DNA of 62,384 bases, counting the filler, from Sphacelaria rigidula (taxonomy: Eukaryota), in NCBI GenBank assembly GCA_964200075.2. It is 8 parts of 8 records of this genome, joined end to end, with 100 filler letters (N's around TTAATTAATTAA, not from the genome) between each part and the next. Parts side by side here need not be neighbours in the genome. Positions count along the whole stretch, not along the records: positions 15,623 to 23,333 come from CAXNAA020013713.1; positions 23,434 to 31,144 come from CAXNAA020013714.1; positions 31,245 to 38,954 come from CAXNAA020013715.1; 5 more parts are not named here. One strand, 5' to 3'. The notes below the pieces were generated by a model. It searched no databases, was not told the origin of the DNA, and saw only the letters and a program-made list of their open reading frames with translations. Shown here piece after piece: positions 23,215 through 35,300 of the stretch. The stretch's first letter is position 1. Every line of letters begins with the position of its first letter. The translations under genes were made by a program, and so were the position numbers.

Positions 23215-23333
23215 GAGGGGCCTACTCATTTGTTGCTTGCCTTAATCGTTTGACCATTGACCCCGCATCCCTTCCGAGACGGAGCAAGGGGGGGGGGGTG
23301 TACTCATGATCATGCATGCCATAGTCATAAGAC
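23215..23333 (-). repeat. Interspersed repeat family with core cgaaagggatgcgtggtcaatggtcaaa...atgagtacgC(n); also 38808-38950, 52760-52815, 56895-56976, 61622-61698
   Basis: Clear pairwise similarity across contigs 3, 5, 7 and 8. Class unknown. Confidence 0.75.
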
Positions 23334-25584
23334 NNNNNNNNNNNNNNNNNNNNNNNNNNNNNNNNNNNNNNNNNNNNTTAATTAATTAANNNNNNNNNNN
23401 NNNNNNNNNNNNNNNNNNNNNNNNNNNNNNNNNCTTTCGTCCAAGACAGATATGCCACTTCAGCCCCATATTTTGTTTGAACCCCAAAATATAAAATCGG
23501 CTGTTATCTGCTTTCCGCGCTGTGTTCTGCATGGTTTTCTTGTGCCCTTCGAGCGTTGTAGTACAGTACCGTTGTTCTTCGCGCTGAGTTCTGCGTGGTT
23601 TTCCTGGGCGTCTCGGCGGACCGTTCGAGTGCATGGCGTGGCTGCGTTTGGAACCGGCCTCATTTTTACTTGATTGTGTCATGAGAAATAATCATGTTCA
23701 TGGCGAGGTACAATTAAAATGAGATAGCGATGTGAGTCGATTTACGTTCCATGTCAACCGAGGGCAGTTCCCTCCTGAGCTCCTCGAGCGTGGTCCCATC
23801 CGCGAGTCGATCTTCGTCCCATCTCGACAGAGCGTAGTTTACTCTCGATGCAGGGGTTCAACACGTCTTTAGAAATTTCCATCGCCCCGATTTCCATATT
23901 TTTGGAATCAGCATCACTTTCACTTGAATCGGGCATCATCGGTCTCGAGATCGTCATCCAGTGTGAGGTTCGTGTCAGCGGTCAGCGATTTTTTTATCAC
24001 GAGGCGCTGAGTACAATGGTTTTTACTCTGTCAAATTTGAGTCGGCATCATTTCGAAATTGAATCTGCATCATATCTCGGAATGTTTGTAATTGAATCCT
24101 GTACCGATTTGTGCGAGGTCGCGCGCAACGTGTGCAGCCGGTGGGATTGTACGGCTTTTCCTTAAAACTATGAATTGCGTCAACACGCAACACACGCAAC
24201 CATGACCGGTTCGCGCGCCTATCGCACAAGTCATCGTTTCTCGTTGAATTGTGAACAGATTTATGCAAGGTCACACACAGTTCAGCTGATGAGCAACTAC
24301 GGCTCGAGCTGTGTGTTTTTGGTTTGCGGGCAGCTCATTGTCAAGTGTCAAGCCTTTGCATGTACCCCTGTCAACGGAAAATCTATACTCCTCTTCGGGC
24401 AAAAATCAAGGGAAACTGTTCATTTTTTCGAATCGGCATCGCGTTTAGTGGATAATCGGAGAAGATACGGAACGGTAGCGCGTCATCGTTTTTAACTGAA
24501 GTCTCCGGGCAGATCTGGTACACCTCAAGCATGTTGTGATCTTGCACGCAGGTCATCGTCCGACTGTACTAATACTGAAGCAGCCGCTGTTACTCTACCG
24601 CACATGCAACATCTTTCTTCATAATGAGGTGTGGCGGCGAAAGCCGCCGAAACGTTTGTATAAGAAGTATGATGTTATGATATCTCATATCACATCATAT
24701 GCTATACTTGGTTTATGGCATGAAGTCACGAGTTTAGCTCTGTGGCGAGTTTGGGGGCGAGGGAGCGTACCATGGTGAGAACCAGGCCTTTGCTCCGCAT
24801 GCTTCAGCCCAAAAGGCTCATCATTTTATTCTTGAAACCAAACCATGACTTCTTTTAGCGTTGTTTTACTCTTTTAGATCTCATGTTTTCCCCCGAGGAG
24901 CTTGATACTTTTGGGGGAGCGCTTTGTGTTTTGAAGCCCATCTCTGCGGGGCCAACTGAAGGCGGGGTGCCGGGCTGCCTTTCTGCCTGTCAGACGACAT
25001 CACATACATCACACGCCATCCCACGAATCAATATTTATTTCGCAACAGGGGTCCGGCTGTCGACTGGTGAGTGAAAGCGGGTTTGGGGCCAAGAAAAGGT
25101 TCCGGAGGCCGAAAACAATTTAGAGGCCAACACAAGAATGAGAAGAAAAAAATAGATGCTTCATTCTCTGGTGTCGCTACTTCCAGAGACATCCACAGGT
25201 TACGCACTGCCTCATGGGTGCTTCACCATTTCAACACCATGCAGTACGAACATCTCCTTTGCGCGGAGTTGAGGTCCTCCACCGCCAAATAAAAAGTAGA
25301 GATCGGAAACAAAAACAAAAATGGGCGCCGAGGAAAAAACAGCCTCAGAAGTATGGTTTTAGAGGCCCAAAAATAATAGCAGAAGAAACCTACGGAGTAA
25401 AGACCTCGTGAAATCAGTAGTTTGTCGCCAGTGCCAAGAACGGATGTAAAGTTGCGCACAGACAGAAGGTTCCAGCTGAATCAGGGATTTTTGTATATAT
25501 AGTTTCGTAGTCTGCGATTTTCATGTTTTTTCCGCGTGCTATCGCGCATGCCAGTGAACGCTTGATCCCGAAGATTAGTGATCG

Positions 25585-26200
25585 TGAGATACCTGGCATC
25601 CGCTCCACATTTCGAAACAGAAATCATCTCTACGCCCAATGTTGAACGGCTTACGGATGGACGTGACAAGGGGACCTATTGAGCGTTTTTGGTCCAGCAC
25701 ATTTATTTTCGAGTCTAGCGCAATGAAGTGGTGAAAGTAAAATGAAGGGCCCGTGCGTTTATTCACGAGAGCGACCGGGATTGATCCTTTCCCCCTGTGC
25801 TATACAGAGCTCGGTTGGGCGAAAGTCTTAGAGTTTATAGATGTTGGGAAAAGAAGCAGGTAGGAGGTGCTCAGGAAACACACCTCAAGTTGGTGTTGTT
25901 GGGGTTGTACGGAGGAAGGATCTCGTCTATCAGGGAGTGCTGCCGATCGTCACTGATTCATGAAGCACAGTTTTTCGACTCTAGCGCAATGAATAGATAT
26001 CATGAAAAAAGCGTTCCTTTACACGTGTCCACGAGAACGATCGGGATTGCTCCAATAGTGCAAAAATACCCCAAGGGTCAGAACCTGGGGCTGGATAGTC
26101 GCAGGGCCCTCGAGGATCGGTCAGCCCGTAAGTCGTTTAATAGAGAGTGCAGAAATGATTTCTGTTTCGGAATGTGGAGCGGATGCCTCGTATCCCCCGA
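25585..26200. repeat. Nested inverted repeat (25589-25640 / 26147-26195) and direct repeat (25706-25787 / 25971-26054)
   Basis: ggcatccgctccacatttcgaaacagaaatcat versus atgatttctgtttcggaatgtggagcggatgcc; ttttcga.tctagcgcaatgaa occurs twice. Confidence 0.75.
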
Positions 26201-26304
26201 TCCCCCAATTTTTGGCAATGAAGAACTCACTAAAATAAGCGGTGGCACGGGGAAACTATCATAATTGCCCAATACGAAGAAATAACGAAAAAAAAACTGA
26301 TAAG

Positions 26305-26748
26305 AACACGGGGTCTTACAAATTGGGGATAGATATTTTATTGGGGATGAGAAATCCGGAGAATTAAAATATTCATGTCCACACCAAATATTCGAAACAT
26401 GGTTCCATTTCTTCACGGACTGATAGCTATTGACAACTGCTACGCGCTATAGAAAATTGGATTTCGATCACCGAAATGTTGGGGTCCTAGTTGAAAACCC
26501 AATTTCGGAACCATTTTGGCGTTCGTTCGGACACCCGGAATTCCCCCAAATTGGTTTTTTACCTAGGACCCCAACATTTCGGTGATCTCAATCCAAATTT
26601 CTATGGCGTGTAGCAGTTGTCAATAGCTGTCAGTAGGTGAATAAGTGGAACCATATTTTGAAGATTTGGTGCGGATACGAATATCTTAATTCTCCGGGTT
26701 TCTCATCCCCAACAAAAGATCCATCCCCAATTCCTAAGATCCCGTGTT
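26305..26748. mobile_element. Foldback element / long-TIR MITE, ~444 bp
   Basis: About 200-bp imperfect inverted arms (aacacggggtcttacaaattggggat...atccccaattcctaagatcccgtgtt) around a ~45-nt loop. Confidence 0.85.
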
Positions 26749-26999
26749 TAAGGCTGGAAACTCCTCTACTCCTCGTGAGCAGGTCTTTCGACAGCTCATA
26801 AATGATGAAGCGTCAGTAACGGGGTCGAACTGTTCTTCTATCCGCCAGGTCGATAGTTTCGGTTGTCGGCGACCCCCGAACTTCATCATCGGACCCGCTC
26901 GAGTGGTTCGCATTTTGTGCTGCTGAACCTGCACCTCCGGGTAGAAGACATTGACGACCGTTCCTTAGAGGGTCACACGTGTCACGTGCCCGTGTATTA

Positions 27000-27830
27000 C
27001 ACACGACCAAAATAGACTGCAGTAGGGGTGCATGGACGACGTATCGCCTTTGTTGTCTACGACCGTCGATAGTGCGAGGAGAATAATGTAACAAGGATAT
27101 GAAACGTGACGTACGACGCGCTCATGTACTTGCGCACGATTTTACTCGCCTGCTCAGACCTGTAGCATTGTATCTCTTCACGCTTTTGGGAAGCCAAGGA
27201 AAGTGCCTTCTCTCAGCTTTTTGAAGCCGTTTGAGGCTTTTGAAATGATTAACCGTTGAATCTATCCAGTGCCGTTCCACATACCTGAACAGTTTCGGAT
27301 ATGCACATCGCTGGGCACAAGTGATGAGGGATTGTATGGGATTTAGAGACGAGAACAGCAGCACTGGGCTGCTGCTGCGCTCTTTGAAAGCTGCCCGAAG
27401 CTATCTCAGAGAAGACTTTCTTGGTCAGCGCTCGACGGTATAGGGCACAAATGAAACGACAAGCAATCCTCATGTTACGGGAACGCCCTTGCGCGTGGTG
27501 GAACCATATCTCGCGTAAGGTAAAAGCTTGAGGTGGCCTCGGCAGAGCAAACGACGTTCGGAAATTGAAGATGTGACCCCTCGCCCTCGTGCGCGTTGAC
27601 TGTACGCCAGGAAGAGCTCGTGTCGCAGCTCGCGGCTTACAGTATACCATCCCCCACGTGGGCCACGCGGGCAGCAGCTAAGCCATTGCCAGAAGTATCT
27701 TGTTTTACAAGGCATTCCAAGGAAGTCTCCATCGTCGGGGGTTTTACACTTCATAGCCTTTACCGCAATTTCTGCCGTTGCCATGTGAGCAAACCCTACA
27801 TAATAGTACTTCGAAGAACACCCCTGACCG
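27000..27830 (-). pseudogene. Possible decayed MULE-type transposase fragment
   Basis: Broken minus-strand frames give REIWFHHAQGRSRNM (resembles CxFHxxQxxxR) followed by YPKLFRYVERHWI (resembles FxxYxxxxW). Recognised by eye only. Confidence 0.33.
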
Positions 27831-28440
27831 CCGGTTGCATCTTGGCGCAACCGTCCTTGCTCGCACACGTGTGTGTGAGAATGGTAGCAGTGACGGGGAC
27901 ATCGCCCTGTTTTTCGACTCTGCAGCAGAGAGGCACGTCCTGTCTGAAGAGAGAGGTAGAAAGGAATCGCGCTTCGCATCGATCAGCACGACAGACGAGA
28001 CACGAGAACATCAGTCACGATGCGGCAGCTGAACCCGCATTTTTGGAGGGGGCTCTGCGACTAACCGCCTGCCGTTGTTGTGCCGACAGATGGGCTACCA
28101 AACGTCTATGCGGTGGTGACGTGATGCCAATCTCTCGACCGATTGACAGTCGTCAAACGAACATTTACAACGGGCATGGGTGAGGAGCTTCCCCTCCTCC
28201 GGTGGCATCGTCACCGAAATACGTATACAATGAATTAATTGGGTGCACCCAGTCACACCTGTTTAGCTTTTGACATGAAAGCTAGCCGAAAGTGCTTTAG
28301 TCGTCCCAACTACTTACACGAGAATGAAGTTCCACAAGCAGATCCGCCCTCACTGCGATGTAGAATCCCATTTTCGAGGAGACCCTCTTGAATTTGGAAG
28401 TCCTTTCGGAATATTTATTGGTGCTTGGTCTACGTATTGC

Positions 28441-28883
28441 AAACAGCCGATCATCGAAATTAAGGATGGAGCTTTTCATTGAGGGTAAGACTCCGGAGGA
28501 TACAAATATTCGTATCCACACCATTTTTTTAAATATGGTTCCATTCCTTCACCTACTGGTAGCTATTGACAACTGCTACACGCCCTACAAATTTGGATCT
28601 CGGTAACCGAAATGATGGGATCCTAGATAAAGAAAAAGACGGGGAACTTCGGTGATCCCATCGGGCCGCCGAAATTCCCCGCAATTGGGTTTTCACCTAG
28701 GACCCCAACATTTCGGTTTTCGAAAATTAAATTCGAATGGCGTGAAGTACTTGCCAATAGCTACCAGTAGGTGAAGGGAGGTAACCATATTTCGAAGATT
28801 CGGTGTGAATACGAAGATTTTAACCCTCCGGGTTCTCATCCTCAATGAAAACCTCCGTCCTCATTTTCGACGATCGGCTGTTT
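28441..28883. mobile_element. Second foldback element of the same family, ~443 bp
   Basis: aaacagccgatc...gatcggctgttt termini. Shares tagctattgacaactgctac and acctaggaccccaacatttcggt with 26305-26748. Confidence 0.85.
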
Positions 28884-29714
28884 TTTGGAAAAAGAAAAGA
28901 CGAGATTGCTTGCTGCGACACCATCTCTTCCAAACATGTGCCAGGATATCACTTTTGCCAAAGTGATTTAGTTACACCTCGAACGGGAACATAAAACCTT
29001 CCGTTTGACCGGGGCGTAACCGTAGGCTTGACAGACAACTCAACACAATCAACCGTGAACCTGAGGATCTCATTGCCCTCACAAACCAAAACACAAGTGC
29101 GATCCAACAAATGACGATTTGCGTGAGACGCGCGCACAGCACACGCTCACAAAGATTCAACAAAGGCACGTTTTGAGTTGCAATTCGCCACGCACGCGGC
29201 CACCTCTCATCCGAAACAGGACGGATTTCCGACTGCCGTGTGTAGATGATTAAGAGCTAGCGCTGGAGCTATTGCGCGTGAGTGGTGGATGTGTACGTGG
29301 GGTTTCCGTGGTTCGGCATGTAGGCGTTGGGTTACCTTGTTGCGTCTTGTCTGCAGCACTTCAGAGATATTGGACTAATGACCACTTCCAGAACCGTCGC
29401 AATTTTGTACATGTTGTGTAGAGATCTGGGCTTCGATCTTCACAGAACTGCTCGTCGATAAGATTCAAGACCGATCGTTGTTGGGGCAATCATCTTTCTT
29501 CGTTAATTTTCGAAAAGTGATGATCACTCACGATAAGAACTCACCTCAACATGGTCAGTTGATTTTATCAAGCAATATTTGAACGATCGTGTTGATGAGA
29601 TAACCTTGTAGCAACAACAGCCCTCTGCTGTGCGCTCAATCAGATTACTGCCCGCTTGCAGTAACTAGGGAAAAGATGACGACGTGTTGTAAGTCATTAT
29701 TATTACTATCCACA

Positions 29715-29940
29715 CGTGGTTAGACATAACGGTCGACGAGGGAAATGGTTTGTTGAACTACTCTCGCGGTAAAAGATAAAGACAAGCGCCGCAGAAGGAA
29801 GGTGAAGAACTCGAACAAACAGAAAAGAAAAAATCCTGTGTTGGCCTTCCTCCTATGTGACCCCGGGTGGTGCGCCCACATATACCAAAAGGTGTAGTCC
29901 GGCGTCAAGAATAGATGGGACGACAACACACAGCACACAC
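29715..29940 (+). mobile_element. SINE family 1, 5'-truncated
   Basis: Reverse complement of 18553-18780; ends agatgggacgacaacacacagcacacac. Confidence 0.8.
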
Positions 29941-31042
29941 GTAGGAAATTGGGTCAAGAGAGGTGAAGGAGACGAGTGAGGGAGTACAGCGTAGAGCACT
30001 ACCCTGTCACGACAGCCTACGATCCAAAATATACAGCGTCGCAAGATCCGCGATACATTTCCCAAAATACAGGAACTCGGAGCAATTTGTCTTTCTCCAA
30101 TCACAAGGAACGTTCTCGGCAACCTTACCAGAATAATCGAATACCCCGCAGTTTTCCCGCTCATGCTTCTGGTTTATTTTTGTAGATCAACTATATTGAA
30201 CACCGTCCCTTGCTTTGTCGACTAACAAGCCCAAGCATGACGTTATTGTCATGGAATAAACTACACTGGATCGAACTCTCTACTATCATCGCTCATCTCA
30301 AATATTGACGTTCACCACAACAAGGGCATGAAAACGGTGAATTCTACATCTTGCCTAGGAGAAAATCACGGTGTCTTTCGAAACTTGTTGGAAATATGCG
30401 TGGCTCGTGGCTTGTTGGTACTGTTCTCGAAACAGACCGACTGGTGTCCTGAAGACACAACTACTGTCCTGAGGACAGTAGTATGGCAGAGAGTGCACAG
30501 TGGTTGTCAGACCACTTGCTTCTGCAGCAGAATAAAACCAGAGAGTCAAAATGGTTGATGGGCTCTTCATCTGGCCAAGAAAAACAGAACGCACAGCCTC
30601 TTCTTAAAGCAGATAGCTGGAGGTAGTGAAGGAGAGCTGTGTAAGCTTGGTATGCTTGGGAAAGTGATTGCAAGGGCGATAGACCACCGATTACAACCAT
30701 GCTCAATCCTGGAAGAATTAAACACTCTACACGTACGTGAGGTCTAATCGTATCGTTCAATTAAACCTCGCTATTGCTGACGCGGTAGCCTTGCTAGCTT
30801 AGATTAACTGCAAAGTTGCAAACAAGATATCCTGTAGCTTACGTGGCCTAAATACTCTGCTAGAGTATCTTTCATTGACAAATCATGGCAACACGCCTAC
30901 TGTATGTAGCAGTGTCCTACCTGAAACGTCATTCACACAGGTAGACCATAAATCAACACAAAAGAGGTACTCTCCGTGAATAGGATACGAAAGAGGAACA
31001 TAGAGCGAAAGTATCTTCCTCCCCAAAATTCCGCAGGAGGAG

Positions 31043-31144
31043 TTAAGCGTTAGACCGCGAGAGTAGGTCACCTGCTGAATCGGCATCAATATTCATCCGA
31101 AAAAAGTACACGTGGTCCAGATGGACTACCGGCACCGCGGTCCA
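31043..31144 (-). mobile_element. piggyBac-like MITE at the contig end
   Basis: ttaa.cgttagaccgcgagagtaggtcacctgctgaatcggcatcaa...ccgcggtcca. Confidence 0.75.
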
Positions 31145-32363
31145 NNNNNNNNNNNNNNNNNNNNNNNNNNNNNNNNNNNNNNNNNNNNTTAATTAATTAA
31201 NNNNNNNNNNNNNNNNNNNNNNNNNNNNNNNNNNNNNNNNNNNNCCGAGATCTACTCCTTTCCCCTCCACGACGCTGTTCCGCTCTATATGATCATAGCA
31301 TCAACAATCATGATCACCCCCCCCCCCCCCCCCCGCCTCCCCTTCGCGCGCGCCGAGAAAAAAGTCAACATTGGTCGTACATGTGGCGGTGACTGCAAGC
31401 AGTAACGGCGGTAGTTGTGGTATTACCAAGCTGTCTGTGCTGGACACGTTATGTTGACCAGCTGTAATGCTTTATTGTTTCTCATATTGACCACTTGCCA
31501 CACATGTAGCGTCTGTGGTCACAAAGTCATTGCACAAAACAACAGAACACAAGGAAAGTGAATGGTTTCCCCTTGAACGCGGCGTACCGAAGAGCGGGGT
31601 TCTGGACACACGTCCGCAAATGGAAATAATATACACAGAAATACACAGATGGTTGCAAATAATAAGCTGAAAATAAGAAGGAATTTTCGGCTACATGGTA
31701 CGTGGGCCATGTAAGACTAAAGAGGCAGAAGCATGGAAATTACATAGTTTAGCATACCGAACAATTCCGGGGGCATAAACATTCTGATTTTGGAGTGTGA
31801 AGAACCGAGAATCAACTAGGGAGAAGATGCTGTCGTCCAGTGGAAATTAGGCAGGTGGGGAAGGGAGGGAGGCGCGGAGCTAGTTGCCTGGGGAAAACAA
31901 CACTACAATCCCCCTGGGAGCACTCGGCGTCATCTCTCGTCTCCTGCGTGTGTTTTGTGCCGTATGGTGTTGACGACTTGCTATGCCCAGGACGAATCCG
32001 TGATGTCGAGGAATCGATACGTTTGTCCCCCGATCCATGACTCCCATTTTGGTGTCGGCGATTGAATCAACACTCCCCTACCGCTACGACTTTCTCCGAA
32101 ATTCCTCCAAAGTTTCTCCACCAGTCACAATCAGATACTCCTCGGGGGAAATAAAAAACTCATCAGTTGCAATTCTAACCCCCAGCTCCGCCCGAACCTG
32201 CTTCCAAGATGAACCAATTATTCTACCGCGGCGTGGCAGGAGAGTATATGCACCCAGTCATGCAGTCTGTCACTTTGTGCACCCCCCCCCCCCGTACCGC
32301 ACTTCTACCACTTTCCCTGAATAAACAGGTCGGCGGAGTAGCGCTCCTAATCCACTTCATCAC

Positions 32364-35300
32364 ATGGCCTGGGCCGTAGCACCCATGACGCTCTACCGCG
32401 TTCCCAGGAAGCGACGGCTATGCCGAGCCACCCGCACGATGTATATACTGCTATTGTTTTCGTCGAGCGCCGTCATATCAAGGGCACAGACAGGATCTCT
32501 GGGGGGGCGCAGCAGCAATGCCGGCGGGCAGGTAGTGCCGTGGTGGTACCCATCTCGAGTATGGGGGGGGGCTGATGGCCATGATGGCGTCCACAGGGGT
32601 GAAGACGGGTGGACGAAAAAGAGTAGTGGTGGTGGTGCGGGCAACAATGGGGGCAAGCATGGTGGTGAGGGGGCGGGGGCGGGGGATGTGTCCAGGCGAC
32701 GGTTTCGCGATGCGGCGTTTTTAGCGATGGAGTTTGTACGGGATTCTGTGGCGTTAGGGGTGGCGGAGGAGCAGGAGAGAACGGGTTTTGAGCCGTGTTG
32801 TTCGGTGCACGAGGCCGGGAATGATACGCTTCGAATGTTGGGAGAAGGCGTCGATCGATGTGAGTTTGTAGGTGTGTGTCGTGCTTCCTGTTTGGTGCTG
32901 CCGTTATCGCTTGTGTAGGGAAAATGGTGATGCAAAGGATATAGGCGAACGGCATGATGAGGTTGGTATTGGGACCGTTTTCCCCCCGTGGAATACGGAT
33001 ACAAGCCCTAGACAAGGGAGTTGGACTACGGCGCTCCACCGACATAGTTGAGCGTGTAGTTAGCGCTTTGCCAACTCAACCGCATGACCTCTGCCAGCAC
33101 AGTTACGTATTCTGCCGGCGCATATCTCTTTGTCTTTTCCACTTTGCATTTTTCTCTTGAGCCAGCCTTTTCGTTTCTGTACCTTGGAATTACTCGTCCT
33201 TGTCGCTGAGGCTGTTCCAGGCCACGTTTGCGTTTTCCGGTGGACGCATTTTGTTTTGGCCAAGCTTGTATTTTCAATGGGAAGATTCAAATGATCAAGA
33301 AACTGGCAGTGTTTTCCCCTGTTTTTAGATGACGTGACCGTTTGTTATTGAAGACCAAATTCGCAAAACAAAAAAAATTGCGCAATGGAGAGTAACGCTA
33401 CAAACTGCGTGCGACCTTACGTGCCGGGCACATCTGGTACACAGCTGCTTTTGGTGGGGTCACAGCAAGTACAGTGGGAGCTCCGCTCTTTTGCGGCGTA
33501 ACACGAACGAAACGTTGACTACCGTAGCATGACACCCAATCTTGACGTGGATTGTGCTCTATGAACCGTAGCGGTGAGGGTGTAAGCTCACGTCCACCGC
33601 GGTAAAGTGCAGCCCCGTCTCGAAACGGACAGCCTTGAAGTCGCGCCACCCGCTGAATACCCATAAGCACATACGACCTGAATAAGCGAGGGGGCTCGGT
33701 ATATTTTTTTCAGAGTGTCCCATCCTACGGCTCATGACCACGGGCTGGATTGTTGCAATCAGCTAATGTGAGATGATCAATCAATCAATCAACCATCCTG
33801 CCCCTCTCCTCTTCTGTTTGATAAAACGTGATGTCTCGAGCCCGTCGTTCCTGAGAAAGATGGTTCCTGGGGCCCTTGCGCGAACGCTAGTGTCCACGTA
33901 TGGCGTCACGCTACTGTAAGAGTCGTGTCCGGAAATTGTATGGACTTAGTTGAGACCCAAAGTTCGGTCTCCATAACCTACATCATACGAACTAAGTGGG
34001 TGCCATCTGCTATCTCATGAAGCCATGCACTGTGTCTGCGCGCGAAGTGGGGCGGTATGTTGGCACAGGAGGTACGGGTTGAGGTGCTAGGACGTTTTTG
34101 TCTTCGTATTTTGCATATTTCAAGCGAGAGTTGCATGCATAGAGCAGGCTGATGCACCAATCGTGCCAATGTAATCCCACTGAGGCACTATGTGCCGTCC
34201 CTCTTGTGTGACCAGACGTCTCGAGAAGCTTGGTGGTCGATGCCGTCAAACGTGTGAACCCGAAGTAGTCATTTTCCATTGAGTCCATGTGGACCAATTC
34301 GAACGTTGCCTACTTGGTTTTTACTGTACGACTTATCCTGCAGTAAATATCCTACTATCTTTCGCAGTCCGAGAGTCAAACAGACGAACTTCCCTGCTTT
34401 TCATCGTAACAGCATTTCCCGCCCCGTGTTTATATATGCAAATGGAACCTGTTCCATTTCTGAATATATCTGCATCGCGTGGAATTCACAGGTGCTTCGC
34501 CGTACTACTCGTTGACGGAGATTTTTCCAAGCCAATTGGTGAGATGCAGATGCATTCGTGTGTACTTTCGGATACGGTCGTGTTTTTCTTGCGCATGCCC
34601 AGGGTCTTGTGCTTTGAAATCGTTTTGTTCGGTAGTGTGATTTCCGGAGGAGTCTGATTGGAAGCGTCAGGAGTGAACCACTCTTTTTTGGACGCGAGAC
34701 CCCCGCGTCCCGGTGGTGAATGTGGTACAACATCGACCAGCCCCAGTTTGGGCGTAGTAGTAGTAATGGGTAAGAATACCCACCGTACAGTAGTCGCTCA
34801 TTCCACTTGTTCATCGTGGAAAGCGAGAGCACCTGACTCAACGAAGAGACGAGAAAAGTCCATAGGCTGAAGAAGCGTTGATTTGAAGGGCGATGATAGC
34901 TTGTCGGATAGGTGATGCCGGTGGAGGGATGAGCTTGTCCCTTGGAACTACAGACGGGTCCCAAAGAACACAGGGGGTTGAAAAGTACGGCAGGAGCACC
35001 TCCAAAAAACGCGAAAATACCGTGAATTTCCGGTGTTGTCAGTTGACGTGACCTCTTCACGATCCCGAAAGTTCGCCTCGAATCCTCGAATCTATTTCTT
35101 TTGTCTTTTTTTGTTAAGGGCATCGCTCTCATCTTGGTTTCATATGTGTTCCCCTCGCATTCTTGGAGTATGACTGCAGCCATGCGTGTCGGCATTTACT
35201 GCTTTGCTACCCACCGTCTCGCTTGGTGTATATGCACTGTCTATATGTACATTGATTCTCGCCTGCGCGTGTTCCTCGTAGGCCACCATGCACCTAATTG

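Noticed and set aside
27700-27810. RRM-like segment YYYVGFAHMATAEIAVKAM
   Set aside because: Too short, no RNP2 or clear splice sites, and it lies in a decayed region.
34010-34297. Possible tyrosine recombinase fragment (AHSASVG) in an intron
   Set aside because: The catalytic Arg is absent and there are no other supporting motifs.
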